Assembly: GCA_964583285.1 (NCBI GenBank)
Contig: CAZOVD010000001.1
Span: forward strand, 22,558-86,557
DNA length: 64,000 nucleotides
Reading direction: 5' to 3'
Origin: an uncultured archaeon
GTDB lineage: Archaea > Iainarchaeota > Iainarchaeia > Iainarchaeales > JAAZKV01
The notes under the pieces were generated by a model that was given only the letters and a program-made list of their open reading frames with translations, ran no database searches and was not told the origin of the DNA. Below, in pieces: positions 29,271 to 38,556 of this stretch. Numbering within the stretch: position 1 is the first letter of the stretch; the number at the start of each line of letters is the position of its first letter. Position numbers and translations under genes: made by a program.

Positions 29271-30122
29271 ATGAAAAGAATAAACCTGGATTTAATTTCG
29301 TTTAAAACAAGTGATGGACTTGAGCTTAATGGTGGATTAAAAGAAACTAATAGTAAAAATGTTTTAACAATTCATATACATGGAATGACTGGAAATTTTT
29401 ATGGTGGAATTTTAACACAAACCATTCTAGAAAAACTTTCAAAAAAATATAGTATTTTAACAATAAATACTCGAGGACATGGGCTTGTAAATAAAATATA
29501 TGGAAAAAAGAAAATTCTTGGTGGAACTGCACAAGAAAAATTTGTAGATTGTATTTATGACATAGATGGTGCTATAAAATTTGGAAAAAAACTTGGTTAT
29601 AAAAAATTTATTTTAAGTGGACATAGCACGGGTTGTCAAAAAATAACATATTATCAATCAAAAAAACAAAATAACGCTGTAATTGCACTAATATTACTCT
29701 CACCTGCAAGTGACTATGAATTAAGCTTAATTAATAAAAATTATAATAAATATTTTAAACTTGCAAAAAAAATGCTAAAAGAAGGAAAAGAAAATGATAT
29801 TTTAAAGATACCAAAAAACACATATACTGTAAAGAGATGGCTTAGTTTTAGTGATCCAAAAAATATTGAAGCCCAAGTATTTAACTATACTGGAAAGCTT
29901 CATCATTTTTCAAAAATAAAGGTTCCAATACTTGCTACTTTTGCAGAATTTGATGTTTTTGGAAAAAATTTTAATGCTAGTAAGAGTTTAGAAATACTTA
30001 GAAATAAAACTAGGTCTGAATTGCTAATAACTCAAGTAATAAAAGGAACTGACCACATGTATAAGAAAAAGGAAATAGAACTAGCAAATAAAATTAACAA
30101 ATTTTTGGAGATGTTTAAATAA
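29271..30122 (+). CDS. Alpha/beta hydrolase (DUF1749-like)
   Basis: IHIHG, GHSTGCQK nucleophile elbow, C-terminal GTDH. Confidence 0.85.
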   Translation: MKRINLDLISFKTSDGLELNGGLKETNSKNVLTIHIHGMTGNFYGGILTQTILEKLSKKYSILTINTRGHGLVNKIYGKKKILGGTAQEKFVDCIYDIDGAIKFGKKLGYKKFILSGHSTGCQKITYYQSKKQNNAVIALILLSPASDYELSLINKNYNKYFKLAKKMLKEGKENDILKIPKNTYTVKRWLSFSDPKNIEAQVFNYTGKLHHFSKIKVPILATFAEFDVFGKNFNASKSLEILRNKTRSELLITQVIKGTDHMYKKKEIELANKINKFLEMFK

Positions 30123-30207
30123 CAAAATAACTGTACATTTTGTCACACCCAAAATTAACTATAATATAATAATTAACTTGAAAGAATATAATTAGGAGTG
30201 ATATATT

Positions 30208-30297
30208 ATGAAAAAATACGATGTTGATATAGATTTGATTATTGAATTAAACAATCTTGATAACGAAGATTTTCTTGATATGTCAATTTTCAGCTAA
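30208..30297 (+). CDS. Small acidic peptide, 29 aa (MKKYDVDIDLIIELNNLDNEDFLDMSIFS)
   Basis: Strong AGGAGTGA RBS shortly before the ATG; not in the ORF track. Confidence 0.5.
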   Translation: MKKYDVDIDLIIELNNLDNEDFLDMSIFS

Positions 30298-30393
30298 TTT
30301 TCATATAAAAAAACTAACAAATAACTAATAACCTGCAAAATGGTGGGTTTAAAATAATTGTTGATATTTGATTTAATTATAGGGGAAGATTAT

Positions 30394-31671
30394 ATGCTTG
30401 AAGCAAGAAAATTAAGAGAAAATTTTGATGTTATAAAAAAGAATCTAAAAAAAAGAAAGGATAAAAATATAATTTTAAGACTTGATGAATGGAAAGAAAA
30501 AGACACTATTTGGAAAAATCTAAAAAACGAGATTGAACAACTAAAAAAAGAAAGAAATGAAATTACAGAAAAAATTAAAATTGCAAAAGCAAAAGGAAAT
30601 GATACAAAAGAACTTTTAAAAAAGGCAAAAAATATTCCTCAAAAAATTAAAGAAAATGAACCAAAATTAAAAGAACTTGAAGATGAACTTAAAGTAATAC
30701 AAATGCGTCTGCCAAATATTATGCACGAAAGCGTTCCATATGGAGAAAGTGACCTTAATAATGTTGAAATTAAAAAATGGGGAAAAACAGAACATAGGCC
30801 AAATATAAAACACCACGCACAACTTGCTACTTCACTTGGAATTGCTGATTTTGAACGAGCAGTAAAAATAAGTGGAAGTGGATTTTTTTATTTAAAGGGA
30901 GATCTTGCAATGCTTGATTTGGCTTTACAAAAACTTGCACTTGATATGTTAATAGAAAAAGGCTTTACACCAGTTCAAGTACCACACATGATGACAACAA
31001 AAGCATATAGTGGAGTAACTGATCTTGCTGAATTTGATACTGTTCAATATAAAATTGAAGGCGATGACCTAAGAATGATTTCAACAAGTGAACATCCTCT
31101 TGCAGCAATGTACATGGACGAAATACTTACTGAAGAACAACTAAAAAATCCAATAAAATATGCAGGAATGAGTGCTTGCTTTCGACGCGAAATAGGAAAA
31201 CACGGACTTGATGAAAGAGGACTTTTTAGAGTACATCAATTTAACAAAATAGAACAAGTTGTTATTTGTAAACCAGAAGATTCTTGGAAAATACACGAAG
31301 AAATGAGTAAAAATCAGCAAGAACTAATGGAAAAACTAGAAATACCATATAGAATTGTTAATGTTTGTACAGGAGATCTTGGAATTGTTGCCGCAAAAAA
31401 ATATGACCTTGAAGCATGGAGTCCACGAGAAGGAAAATACATAGAACTTGGAAGTTGCAGTAATTGTACTGCTTATCAATCAGTTAGACTTAACATAAAA
31501 TATAGAAAAGCAGACGGAGAAAAAGAATTTGTTCACACATTAAATAATACTATGATTCCAACTTCAAGAACACTTAGAATCATACTAGAACAATATCAAA
31601 ATGATGATTCAACACTTACAATACCTCGCGCACTTGTGCCATATATGAATGGGAAAACAAAAATCAAATAA
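30394..31671 (+). CDS. serS: Seryl-tRNA synthetase
   Basis: N-terminal coiled coil, LPN, TSEHPL, CFRRE, FRVHQFNKIEQ, YDLEAW, SCSNCT, HTLNNT. Confidence 0.97.
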   Translation: MLEARKLRENFDVIKKNLKKRKDKNIILRLDEWKEKDTIWKNLKNEIEQLKKERNEITEKIKIAKAKGNDTKELLKKAKNIPQKIKENEPKLKELEDELKVIQMRLPNIMHESVPYGESDLNNVEIKKWGKTEHRPNIKHHAQLATSLGIADFERAVKISGSGFFYLKGDLAMLDLALQKLALDMLIEKGFTPVQVPHMMTTKAYSGVTDLAEFDTVQYKIEGDDLRMISTSEHPLAAMYMDEILTEEQLKNPIKYAGMSACFRREIGKHGLDERGLFRVHQFNKIEQVVICKPEDSWKIHEEMSKNQQELMEKLEIPYRIVNVCTGDLGIVAAKKYDLEAWSPREGKYIELGSCSNCTAYQSVRLNIKYRKADGEKEFVHTLNNTMIPTSRTLRIILEQYQNDDSTLTIPRALVPYMNGKTKIK

Positions 31672-31674
31672 TTA

Positions 31675-32235
31675 TTATTCAACTCTTAATTGATCTCTTA
31701 CAATTTTACTGTTAAAGTCACATTCGGTTTTTGGTTTTATTATAAATTTACACTTCTCATTACCCATTGCTTTACATTCACTTTCAACGCATTCAACATC
31801 TTCATTAAAAACATCGCTAAACAAAGATGCAAGAACTGCTTTAATTATAATATCAACTTCAAAATCAACTTTTGTTTTTAATGTATTTACAAATGGTGAA
31901 TTTTCAAGAACAACAATTGATTTTTTACCCTCAAAATCCAAATCAATAAAATTAATATTTCCCCAACCAGATGCAATAAAAAAAGTTTTAACAAAATCAA
32001 TTTGTTTTTTACCATCAATTCTTAACTCATCAAATTTTGGCATAAAATATTTCATAGAACTTTCTTTCACCCCATAATAAATATCTTTTCTTTGCTCAAC
32101 ATTACTTTTACTAATAAAGTCAATTAAAATATCTGTTGGGAAAATTACAAAAGGAATATTTACAAGTAAAAAATTATTTTGTTGATACTTAAGAGTATTT
32201 GTAAAAATGTATTTATCAAAAAACTGATTAAGCAT
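31675..32235 (-). CDS. V4R (4-vinyl reductase)-domain protein
   Basis: SGWG, ENSPF, ESECKAMGNEKCKF; start overlaps the end of the upstream gene. Confidence 0.85.
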   Translation of the reverse strand: MLNQFFDKYIFTNTLKYQQNNFLLVNIPFVIFPTDILIDFISKSNVEQRKDIYYGVKESSMKYFMPKFDELRIDGKKQIDFVKTFFIASGWGNINFIDLDFEGKKSIVVLENSPFVNTLKTKVDFEVDIIIKAVLASLFSDVFNEDVECVESECKAMGNEKCKFIIKPKTECDFNSKIVRDQLRVE

Positions 32236-32599
32236 TTTTCTCAACCCCCATTTTTTTCTTTTCTTTTAAATAATTTAAAAAATCAAGCGAATGGTCAAAA
32301 TTTTCTCCTTTTAAAATCTCATGAACTACTCTATATTTTTCTACAAGAACTGGCCAAACAATTAAAGTATTCCCTGCTTTTTTTGAAATTAAAAGACCTT
32401 TATTTATTATTTTTTTTAAATAATAATTGTATTTTGAATTCATTCTTTTTTTATCTTCTAAAGTATTTATCTTTTCATTAAAATGACCTGCAATTTCAAG
32501 AGCTGTTGACGGCCAAAATTCTAAAACAAAATCATAAATTTCTCTTTCAAATTCATCCAAACTAGAAATTTCTGCAAATACAGAATTTTTATCAAACAT
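32228..32599 (-). CDS. Winged-helix transcription regulator
   Basis: EREIYDFV..PSTALEIA..YYLKKIINKGLLISKKAG. Confidence 0.7.
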   Translation of the reverse strand: MFDKNSVFAEISSLDEFEREIYDFVLEFWPSTALEIAGHFNEKINTLEDKKRMNSKYNYYLKKIINKGLLISKKAGNTLIVWPVLVEKYRVVHEILKGENFDHSLDFLNYLKEKKKMGVEKNA

Positions 32600-32639
32600 G
32601 TTGTTAAAATAACATAAAATGACTATTTAATACTTACTT

Positions 32640-32657
32640 TTTCTGTGTGTACAGAAA
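32640..32657. promoter_or_regulatory. Palindrome TTTCTGT-N4-ACAGAAA next to the minus-strand TATA box of the wHTH-V4R operon
   Basis: 7-bp perfect arms; TATA-like TATTAAATA on the minus strand at 32624-32632. Confidence 0.4.
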
Positions 32658-32698
32658 TAAAAGCTCTATTGAGTACCAAACAAGTATAAAAATAATAA

Positions 32699-32845
32699 TC
32701 ACTTATCGCCCAAGTGAGAGGGCGAAACACACAATAACTAGGACATTTTAAAATAAAATAATGCTTTATCAAGTTTCAAAGACACGAAGATAATGCTTCG
32801 TACCCACCAGGCGAAACTGGTGTGTCCGAGAAACAGTGTGTTTTT
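32699..32845 (-). ncRNA. Unclassified structured RNA candidate (~150 nt)
   Basis: GC-rich for this genome; outer stem, two abutting hairpins, G-U pairs only on the minus strand, 3' H-type pseudoknot followed by a U-rich run. Confidence 0.6.
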
Positions 32846-32876
32846 ATATGAGTAATAACAATATTATTTAGATATT

Positions 32877-33284
32877 ATGAAATGTGCAATTGATGAGAAT
32901 ACAAGTATTTCAAAAATACCAAAAGATATTAATGAAGTTCATTTAATTAGACCAATAAAAAAAGAAAAATTAAATGAATTGCTTGCAACAAGACAAATAA
33001 ACAAAATAACTATGTCAGAGTCTTGTTATAAAAGAATTCCAAAAAAATCAATAAATAATTTAAAAGAAAAAGGAATACAAATACTAAGTGAAAAAAGAAG
33101 AGGCAGACCCCTTAATGTTAGTATGGATAAAATGCTTGAGATTATAGAACTAAGAAAAGATTATCAAAGCATAAGAGAAATAGAAAAAATAACTGCAATT
33201 CCAAAATCAACAATACATTATTTATTAAAATATGCTGATAGAGGAAAAATAAAAAAAGGTTCAACTGTAATTTATTTAAAATAA
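32877..33284 (+). CDS. DUF1699-like domain fused to a resolvase/Hin-type HTH
   Basis: EVHLIRP..ITMSESCYKR..GIQI then RRGRP and SIREIEKITAIPKSTIHYLL. Confidence 0.7.
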   Translation: MKCAIDENTSISKIPKDINEVHLIRPIKKEKLNELLATRQINKITMSESCYKRIPKKSINNLKEKGIQILSEKRRGRPLNVSMDKMLEIIELRKDYQSIREIEKITAIPKSTIHYLLKYADRGKIKKGSTVIYLK

Positions 33285-33292
33285 AAAAAATA

Positions 33293-34282
33293 TTATTTTT
33301 TATAAGAAAGTAATTTTTTTTCAATTATTTTTAAAATTTCTTCAACTAGTGTTTTTTCACTTATTTTTCCTTTCCATTGCGCAGCACCAGAATGGCCTCC
33401 TATTTCTCCACCAATAACATTTTCTAGAGGAATTAAAACATCTTTCATTAAATTAAAATTATTTTTTTCTTTAAAACTAGTTTCTGCTCTAAGTGACATT
33501 TTAATAATATTATCTTTTTCAGTACCATAAATAAAAGAAATATGTGCACCAAATTCAAGTAGTTTTGTTGCAGCAGCACTTTGATAAAAATTTATTTTAC
33601 TATAAATAACTACAAAATGATTTATTTTTTTTATTTCTGCTCTGCTTGTTGCTTTTAAAAAAGCAATTTTTTCTCCTTCATTTATATGATGTTTTGCAAA
33701 TTCAAAAACTTCAGAATAACTTTTAGAAGATTTTTTTAAACACTTAGAAAATTTTTCAAACAATTCGCTTGAAGAAACTAAAAATCTACCCGTATCTTCA
33801 AGTATTCCTATAGCTGTATAAAAAAACATTTTTTTGTCAAAATCTTTATTAAAAAAATCATAAATTACTTCTGTCGTTGAAAAACTTTTTGGAGAAATAA
33901 AACCACTTTGGGTAATGCTTCTTTTTTCTATTACATGATGATCAAAAGCAACTACACTAAAATTATTCTGTTTTTTTAGTAGCCTAAAATCTTCTTCTAA
34001 AGAACCAAGTTGATCATAATCATTAAAATCAAATATAAAAATTTTATTAAATAACTTTAAGTTAGGATTTATAACAAAGCTTATTTTTTCTTTTGATGCG
34101 AAATTTGATGTTTGTTCATTTATGTGCGATGGAACGCCAATTATTGATTTTATATTGTTTTTCTTAAGATATTTTTGAAAAATAGCTGCTGAACAAAAAG
34201 TATCAAGGTCAGCATTTTCATGAGTTAAAAGGAGTATACTACCCCCTTTAAAAGAACTCAAATTAAATTTTGTTTTTTTCAT
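33293..34282 (-). CDS. DHH-family phosphoesterase (NrnA-like)
   Basis: THENADLD, IFD, FDHH, GILEDTG, GGHSGAA. Confidence 0.9.
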   Translation of the reverse strand: MKKTKFNLSSFKGGSILLLTHENADLDTFCSAAIFQKYLKKNNIKSIIGVPSHINEQTSNFASKEKISFVINPNLKLFNKIFIFDFNDYDQLGSLEEDFRLLKKQNNFSVVAFDHHVIEKRSITQSGFISPKSFSTTEVIYDFFNKDFDKKMFFYTAIGILEDTGRFLVSSSELFEKFSKCLKKSSKSYSEVFEFAKHHINEGEKIAFLKATSRAEIKKINHFVVIYSKINFYQSAAATKLLEFGAHISFIYGTEKDNIIKMSLRAETSFKEKNNFNLMKDVLIPLENVIGGEIGGHSGAAQWKGKISEKTLVEEILKIIEKKLLSYKK

Positions 34283-34314
34283 TAACTAAAGTATACTGTT
34301 ATAATATTTAACAT

Positions 34315-34671
34315 TTACTTTCTTGACTTTTTCTCATCTTCTTTTTTTTCACTACCTTCAACTTTTGCTTTAATTGAATTTAGTTTATTTATTAAAGTTT
34401 CTTCTTGTTTTGCAAGTGTTTTGTTTCTAAGTTCAAAAGATTCTTGTTGCTCAATAAGTTCTGCTTTCATTTCACTTACTGATTTACTAACTAAAATATT
34501 ACCAATTATCTTCATAACTGATTTTTCTTTAGTTGCATTAAGTTCTTCAATAGAAGCTTTTATTATTTCTATTTGCATAGAGATTTGTTGTTTTTGAGAA
34601 GATACTCCTTGAAGCATTTGTCTGTTTCTTTCAAAATCCATTAACAGTTCCCTTTTTTCATTATCATCCAT
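34315..34671 (-). CDS. pfdB: Prefoldin beta subunit
   Basis: Coiled coil - VMKIIGNILV hairpin - coiled coil; superoperon position. Confidence 0.88.
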   Translation of the reverse strand: MDDNEKRELLMDFERNRQMLQGVSSQKQQISMQIEIIKASIEELNATKEKSVMKIIGNILVSKSVSEMKAELIEQQESFELRNKTLAKQEETLINKLNSIKAKVEGSEKKEDEKKSRK

Positions 34672-34698
34672 ATTAATTCCCCCAAAAAAATTTACAAA

Positions 34699-34932
34699 TT
34701 AACTAATTTCATTTAAATTTTTAAATAAAATCAATGGCTTTGTTATATTATTTAACGAAGCTCTTGCTGCTGATTTATCAGAAGCATTTATTTTAACTTC
34801 CATCAAATTTTTCTTAATAATAATTTTAGTTGAACTCTTTTTAAAATCTGTTAGTTCTGGTTTTATTGATTTAAAAAAATTTTTTGCATCCATTTCAGTA
34901 TCAAAAATAATTTTTAAATCTAAAACAAACAT
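34699..34932 (-). CDS. pcc1: KEOPS subunit Pcc1
   Basis: SIKPE, INASDKSAARASLN; lies between rpoP and pfdB. Confidence 0.8.
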   Translation of the reverse strand: MFVLDLKIIFDTEMDAKNFFKSIKPELTDFKKSSTKIIIKKNLMEVKINASDKSAARASLNNITKPLILFKNLNEIS

Positions 34933-34933
34933 T

Positions 34934-35068
34934 TTATTCAACTTTTACAGTTTTTGCAATAGGGTCTCTTTTTTTATAAAAAATCCTATAACCACATTTA
35001 GGACATCTAACAAGACCGTCTTCAACAGAATTTACTATTGTACTGCAGTTTCCACAAACATAACTCAT
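34934..35068 (-). CDS. rpoP: RNA polymerase subunit P (Rpo12), 44 aa
   Basis: Manual translation MSYVCGNC...VRCPKCGYRIFYKKR; not in the ORF track. Confidence 0.92.
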   Translation of the reverse strand: MSYVCGNCSTIVNSVEDGLVRCPKCGYRIFYKKRDPIAKTVKVE

Positions 35069-35073
35069 TAGTA

Positions 35074-35427
35074 TCACTTCCCCTCAACTGATTTTGTTAC
35101 TTCATCTTCAATATCAGAATAAGATGATCTTTCTTGTAGTTCAATAAGTTTTGATTCTTCAGCAGCAAAAGATTTTTGAGAAACCATTTTCTTAATTGTT
35201 TTCCCAACTAAAGTTTCTGTTTGATAAGCTCCGCCAGTAAATTTTGCATCACATTTTTTACAAGTATAAAGTCCTGCAGCAAGTCTTTTTATTTTATCAA
35301 AACCACAAAATGGACAAACTGCCAAATTGTTTTGTTTTTCTTCTACTTTAACTATTCTTTTTTTTATTCCTACACCATATCTAGAACCAAATCTACCACT
35401 AGTGTGTACTTTTTTTGTGTTTCCCAT
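35074..35427 (-). CDS. rpl37ae: Ribosomal protein L37Ae (eL43)
   Basis: GRFGSRYG, CPFC, CKKC, FTGGAY. Confidence 0.95.
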   Translation of the reverse strand: MGNTKKVHTSGRFGSRYGVGIKKRIVKVEEKQNNLAVCPFCGFDKIKRLAAGLYTCKKCDAKFTGGAYQTETLVGKTIKKMVSQKSFAAEESKLIELQERSSYSDIEDEVTKSVEGK

Positions 35428-35542
35428 TTTTTACTCACCTTTTTTAGCTGCTTATTAAGTTGTATATTAAAATTTTTAATTAGGAAAGTTTTAAAAACAA
35501 AGGTTTTTCACTTTGGTTTTAAAAAATTCAAAAAAGGCTATT

Positions 35543-36334
35543 TTAAGCCTTTTTTACAATTTCACGAACATTATCTCCTATTTTAAATGCAGTATCAATC
35601 ATATAATTGATTTCTTGAAGAGAAAAGCTTCCACCTACTCCTTTTTGCATCGCTACTATTTTTCCGTCTTCTGTAGTTGCCAGTGAATATCTAGCTTCTG
35701 CAGCTTTTTCTTCTAAATAAGTTGGATCAACTAATATTTTTCCGCCAACTTTAACAAAAGTAGTTAATATTGGTATTTGACTCATTTTTATTTTACCAGA
35801 ATATTCTCCTTTTATTATTCTATTTTCAGAATCAAGTTTTGGAATTCTTGAATTTAAAAATCCAACAAGGCATGCAATACATCCTGCGTCAAATAAATTT
35901 CCATCACTATTTAGTGCATAAAAATCCATAAAGCCAGTCCAAACTGCTTCTCCTTCTTTTATACAAAGTTGTTTAAAATCAATTGATTTACTTTCTCTAA
36001 TTGATCTATCAACAACTCTTGCAATTTCAACTTCATTGTCACTTGGTCTGCCTGATTCATATTCAGGGTGTGCTAATGGAAGTGTTTCTGCACCTATTGC
36101 AAGTGATCCTTCATCTAAACTATCTGGATAAGGTGTTCCAACTGCCATTTTAAGTCCTGCAATTATTTTTGTACTACCAAGAGTAACAATTGCAGATCCT
36201 TCTGAATTTTGTGCAACATCTTTTTGTATAGTTATTTCTCTTATTTGGTCAAATGCTCTGCCATCAATCCTTTTTCCAGAACGAGCAAGTTGTACTATAT
36301 TAAAAACTTCATTATCTAGTATTGTGTTTCTCAT
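35543..36334 (-). CDS. rrp42: Exosome subunit Rrp42
   Basis: RIDGR, EGSAIVTLG, PYPDS, EIARVVDRSIRES, DGNLFDA. Confidence 0.95.
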   Translation of the reverse strand: MRNTILDNEVFNIVQLARSGKRIDGRAFDQIREITIQKDVAQNSEGSAIVTLGSTKIIAGLKMAVGTPYPDSLDEGSLAIGAETLPLAHPEYESGRPSDNEVEIARVVDRSIRESKSIDFKQLCIKEGEAVWTGFMDFYALNSDGNLFDAGCIACLVGFLNSRIPKLDSENRIIKGEYSGKIKMSQIPILTTFVKVGGKILVDPTYLEEKAAEARYSLATTEDGKIVAMQKGVGGSFSLQEINYMIDTAFKIGDNVREIVKKA

Positions 36335-37143
36335 TTTTTCACCTTCTTTTTGTCAGATTTTTTTTCACCTGATTTTTTTTCTTTTGTATTTTCACTTTCT
36401 ATTAAATCATTAACATTTACTTCTTCAAGAGAATATCTTTCAAGTAGTGCTTGTTTTTGAACTTCGTAAACTTTTTTACAACCTTCTATTCCAAGCTTTG
36501 CTACACTGTCCCATTCTTTTCTTGTAAGTGGGCCATCCATTTGAAGCAAAACTATTTCTTCTGAATTTGGAAGTATTGCAAGTGGAACATCAACTGCATC
36601 AGGAGCATCTTCTTCAAATTTATTTAAATCAAGAATTATCTCATTGTATGCTTTTCCTACTCCAGTAGCACTCACTAAATCTCTCATTGGAATTCCAGCA
36701 TCAGCTAGTGCAACACTTGCTGCACAAAGACATGCAACTCTTGAACCAGCATCTGAATCAGTTACTTCAACATAAACTCCAATTTCAGTATTTGGAAATT
36801 TTTCAACAAACACAGCACGAGATAATGCTTCACCAAGTACTTTTGAAATTTCTTGATCTCTTCTATTTGGACCAGGTCTTTTTCTATCAGGAACAGAAAA
36901 GGAAGTCATTCTATATTCTACTTTTACTACAGCTTTATTTGCATTTGCAGAATGTTTTGGCAAAGCTTCACGCGGCCCATAAACTGCAGCATAAACTTTA
37001 TTTTGGCCCCATTCAAGATAAGCACTTCCATCAGCATTTTCAAGAACTCCTGCCTTTATTTTTATTGGTCTTAACTCATCCATTTTTCTATTATCATATC
37101 GTTTTTTATCTACTTTATAGTCAACTACTTTTTCTTTAGTCAT
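36331..37143 (-). CDS. rrp41: Exosome exonuclease Rrp41
   Basis: ELRPIKI, ADGSAYLEWG, VYGPRE, RRDQEIS, DAGSR, LLQMDG. Confidence 0.95.
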   Translation of the reverse strand: MTKEKVVDYKVDKKRYDNRKMDELRPIKIKAGVLENADGSAYLEWGQNKVYAAVYGPREALPKHSANANKAVVKVEYRMTSFSVPDRKRPGPNRRDQEISKVLGEALSRAVFVEKFPNTEIGVYVEVTDSDAGSRVACLCAASVALADAGIPMRDLVSATGVGKAYNEIILDLNKFEEDAPDAVDVPLAILPNSEEIVLLQMDGPLTRKEWDSVAKLGIEGCKKVYEVQKQALLERYSLEEVNVNDLIESENTKEKKSGEKKSDKKKVKK

Positions 37144-37760
37144 TTTTTACCACCACTTTTTTTAACATAAGCTTCAACAGCGTTTGTTAATTTACTTTTG
37201 TACGAATTTTCTTCAACAAATTTAACTATTTTTTTTAATTCATTTATATTTCCATTTTTTGCCCAAACTCTTCCATTTTTACCAACAAAAACTTCACAAC
37301 CAGAAGCTACTGTTAATAAATCAAGCATTGAACCATTTTTACCAATTAATCTTGGAGACCTTGCTGCATTTAATTCAATTATTTCCCCGTCAAAAACTCT
37401 TTTTGGGTATGAAAGTTCTGCTTCAGTTCCTTCTTTTAAATTACTAACTTTTGCAAAAATTATATCTCCTTCATTTAAGTCATCTCTTAATGCACTTCGT
37501 GGAATAAAACTTTCAGAGAAAGAATTTATATCAACCATATACCCTGCATGAATAACTCTTGTTATTACTCCAACAACACTATCTTCTATTCTTGGTTTAT
37601 ATTTTCCTTCAAGAGGAACAACTGTTGCTGTATCATTTTCACTATCATACACTCCAACTACGTTAGAATATATTTTTCCATCAGAAACAAAAATATTGTT
37701 TCCAAGTTTTTTTCTCTCACTGGATAATAATTCACCAGGAAGAACTATTTTTTTAACCAT
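37140..37760 (-). CDS. rrp4: Exosome RNA-binding cap Rrp4
   Basis: VLPGE, VPLEGKYKP, S1 domain, KH RLIGKNGSM, GKNGRVW. Confidence 0.93.
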   Translation of the reverse strand: MVKKIVLPGELLSSERKKLGNNIFVSDGKIYSNVVGVYDSENDTATVVPLEGKYKPRIEDSVVGVITRVIHAGYMVDINSFSESFIPRSALRDDLNEGDIIFAKVSNLKEGTEAELSYPKRVFDGEIIELNAARSPRLIGKNGSMLDLLTVASGCEVFVGKNGRVWAKNGNINELKKIVKFVEENSYKSKLTNAVEAYVKKSGGKK

Positions 37761-37801
37761 TTTTTCACCTCAATAAAAATAAATTTTAAATATTTTTTTA
37801 G

Positions 37802-38491
37802 TTATAATTCTTTTAATATTAAATCTCCATGCGTAATAGAACTTAACTGCGAAATTAAGTCTTGCTTTAAACCAATTGGTAATTCAAATTCAGCTGCAAG
37901 AGAACCATCATTAAGCCATTGTTCTTTCTTAACTTCAAACCTATGTAAAATACCTGAACATTTTGCAGAATATTGCGGTGGAATTTTTACTGCAAATTTT
38001 ACTTTATCCATTGATATTGGAATTATTTTTCTAATTGCATTTATAATTATTTTAACTTGTTCTTCACTACTTTTAAATGCATCAATATTTATTTTTGCTT
38101 GTTCCATTGCATTTTCAATTCTTTTTGGAGGATGTGGAGTTTGTGTTTGTGGATTGATTGCATTTTTTGAAATAATAGAAATTATTTCAGCCCTTTTTCT
38201 TTCAATAAAATTTTTTCTTTGTACAGTAGTTAATTGAACATCTCCATCTTCAATTATTTTTTTTACAACATCATTAACACTTGTTGTAGAAAAAACTGTT
38301 TTTAATAATTCAGGACTTGCAACATCGCCTTTTTTTGAATCTTTAAATATTTTATCATCAGCTAAAAGTTCTTCAAAATTAACATTCTTCCCCTGTTTTA
38401 AATTCATTGCTAAATCTGGATCAACTAGTACTTCAAATCTATGCCCATTTTTTTCTATTCTTGCAATTACTGCATCGTCAATTTTTACCAT
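37802..38491 (-). CDS. Ribosome maturation factor SBDS/Sdo1
   Basis: RFEVLVDP, IFKDSKKG, INPQTQTPHPPKRIENAM. Confidence 0.95.
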   Translation of the reverse strand: MVKIDDAVIARIEKNGHRFEVLVDPDLAMNLKQGKNVNFEELLADDKIFKDSKKGDVASPELLKTVFSTTSVNDVVKKIIEDGDVQLTTVQRKNFIERKRAEIISIISKNAINPQTQTPHPPKRIENAMEQAKINIDAFKSSEEQVKIIINAIRKIIPISMDKVKFAVKIPPQYSAKCSGILHRFEVKKEQWLNDGSLAAEFELPIGLKQDLISQLSSITHGDLILKEL

Positions 38492-38556
38492 TGTGATCAC
38501 GAATATTAAGTTAATCAGTATTATGTGCGACTGATTAAAATATTGTTAAATATAAA

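Noticed and set aside
32699..32845. RNase P RNA, SRP RNA, tmRNA, hammerhead or fluoride riboswitch identity
   Set aside because: Diagnostic conserved motifs were not found on either strand by eye. The 10-codon plus-strand ORF at 32761-32793 has no RBS and is opposite to the G-U-supported strand.
38511..38538. 9-bp inverted repeat TTAATCAGT-N10-ACTGATTAA between psmA and SBDS
   Set aside because: Single AT-rich occurrence; could be a stability hairpin but nothing else supports a function.
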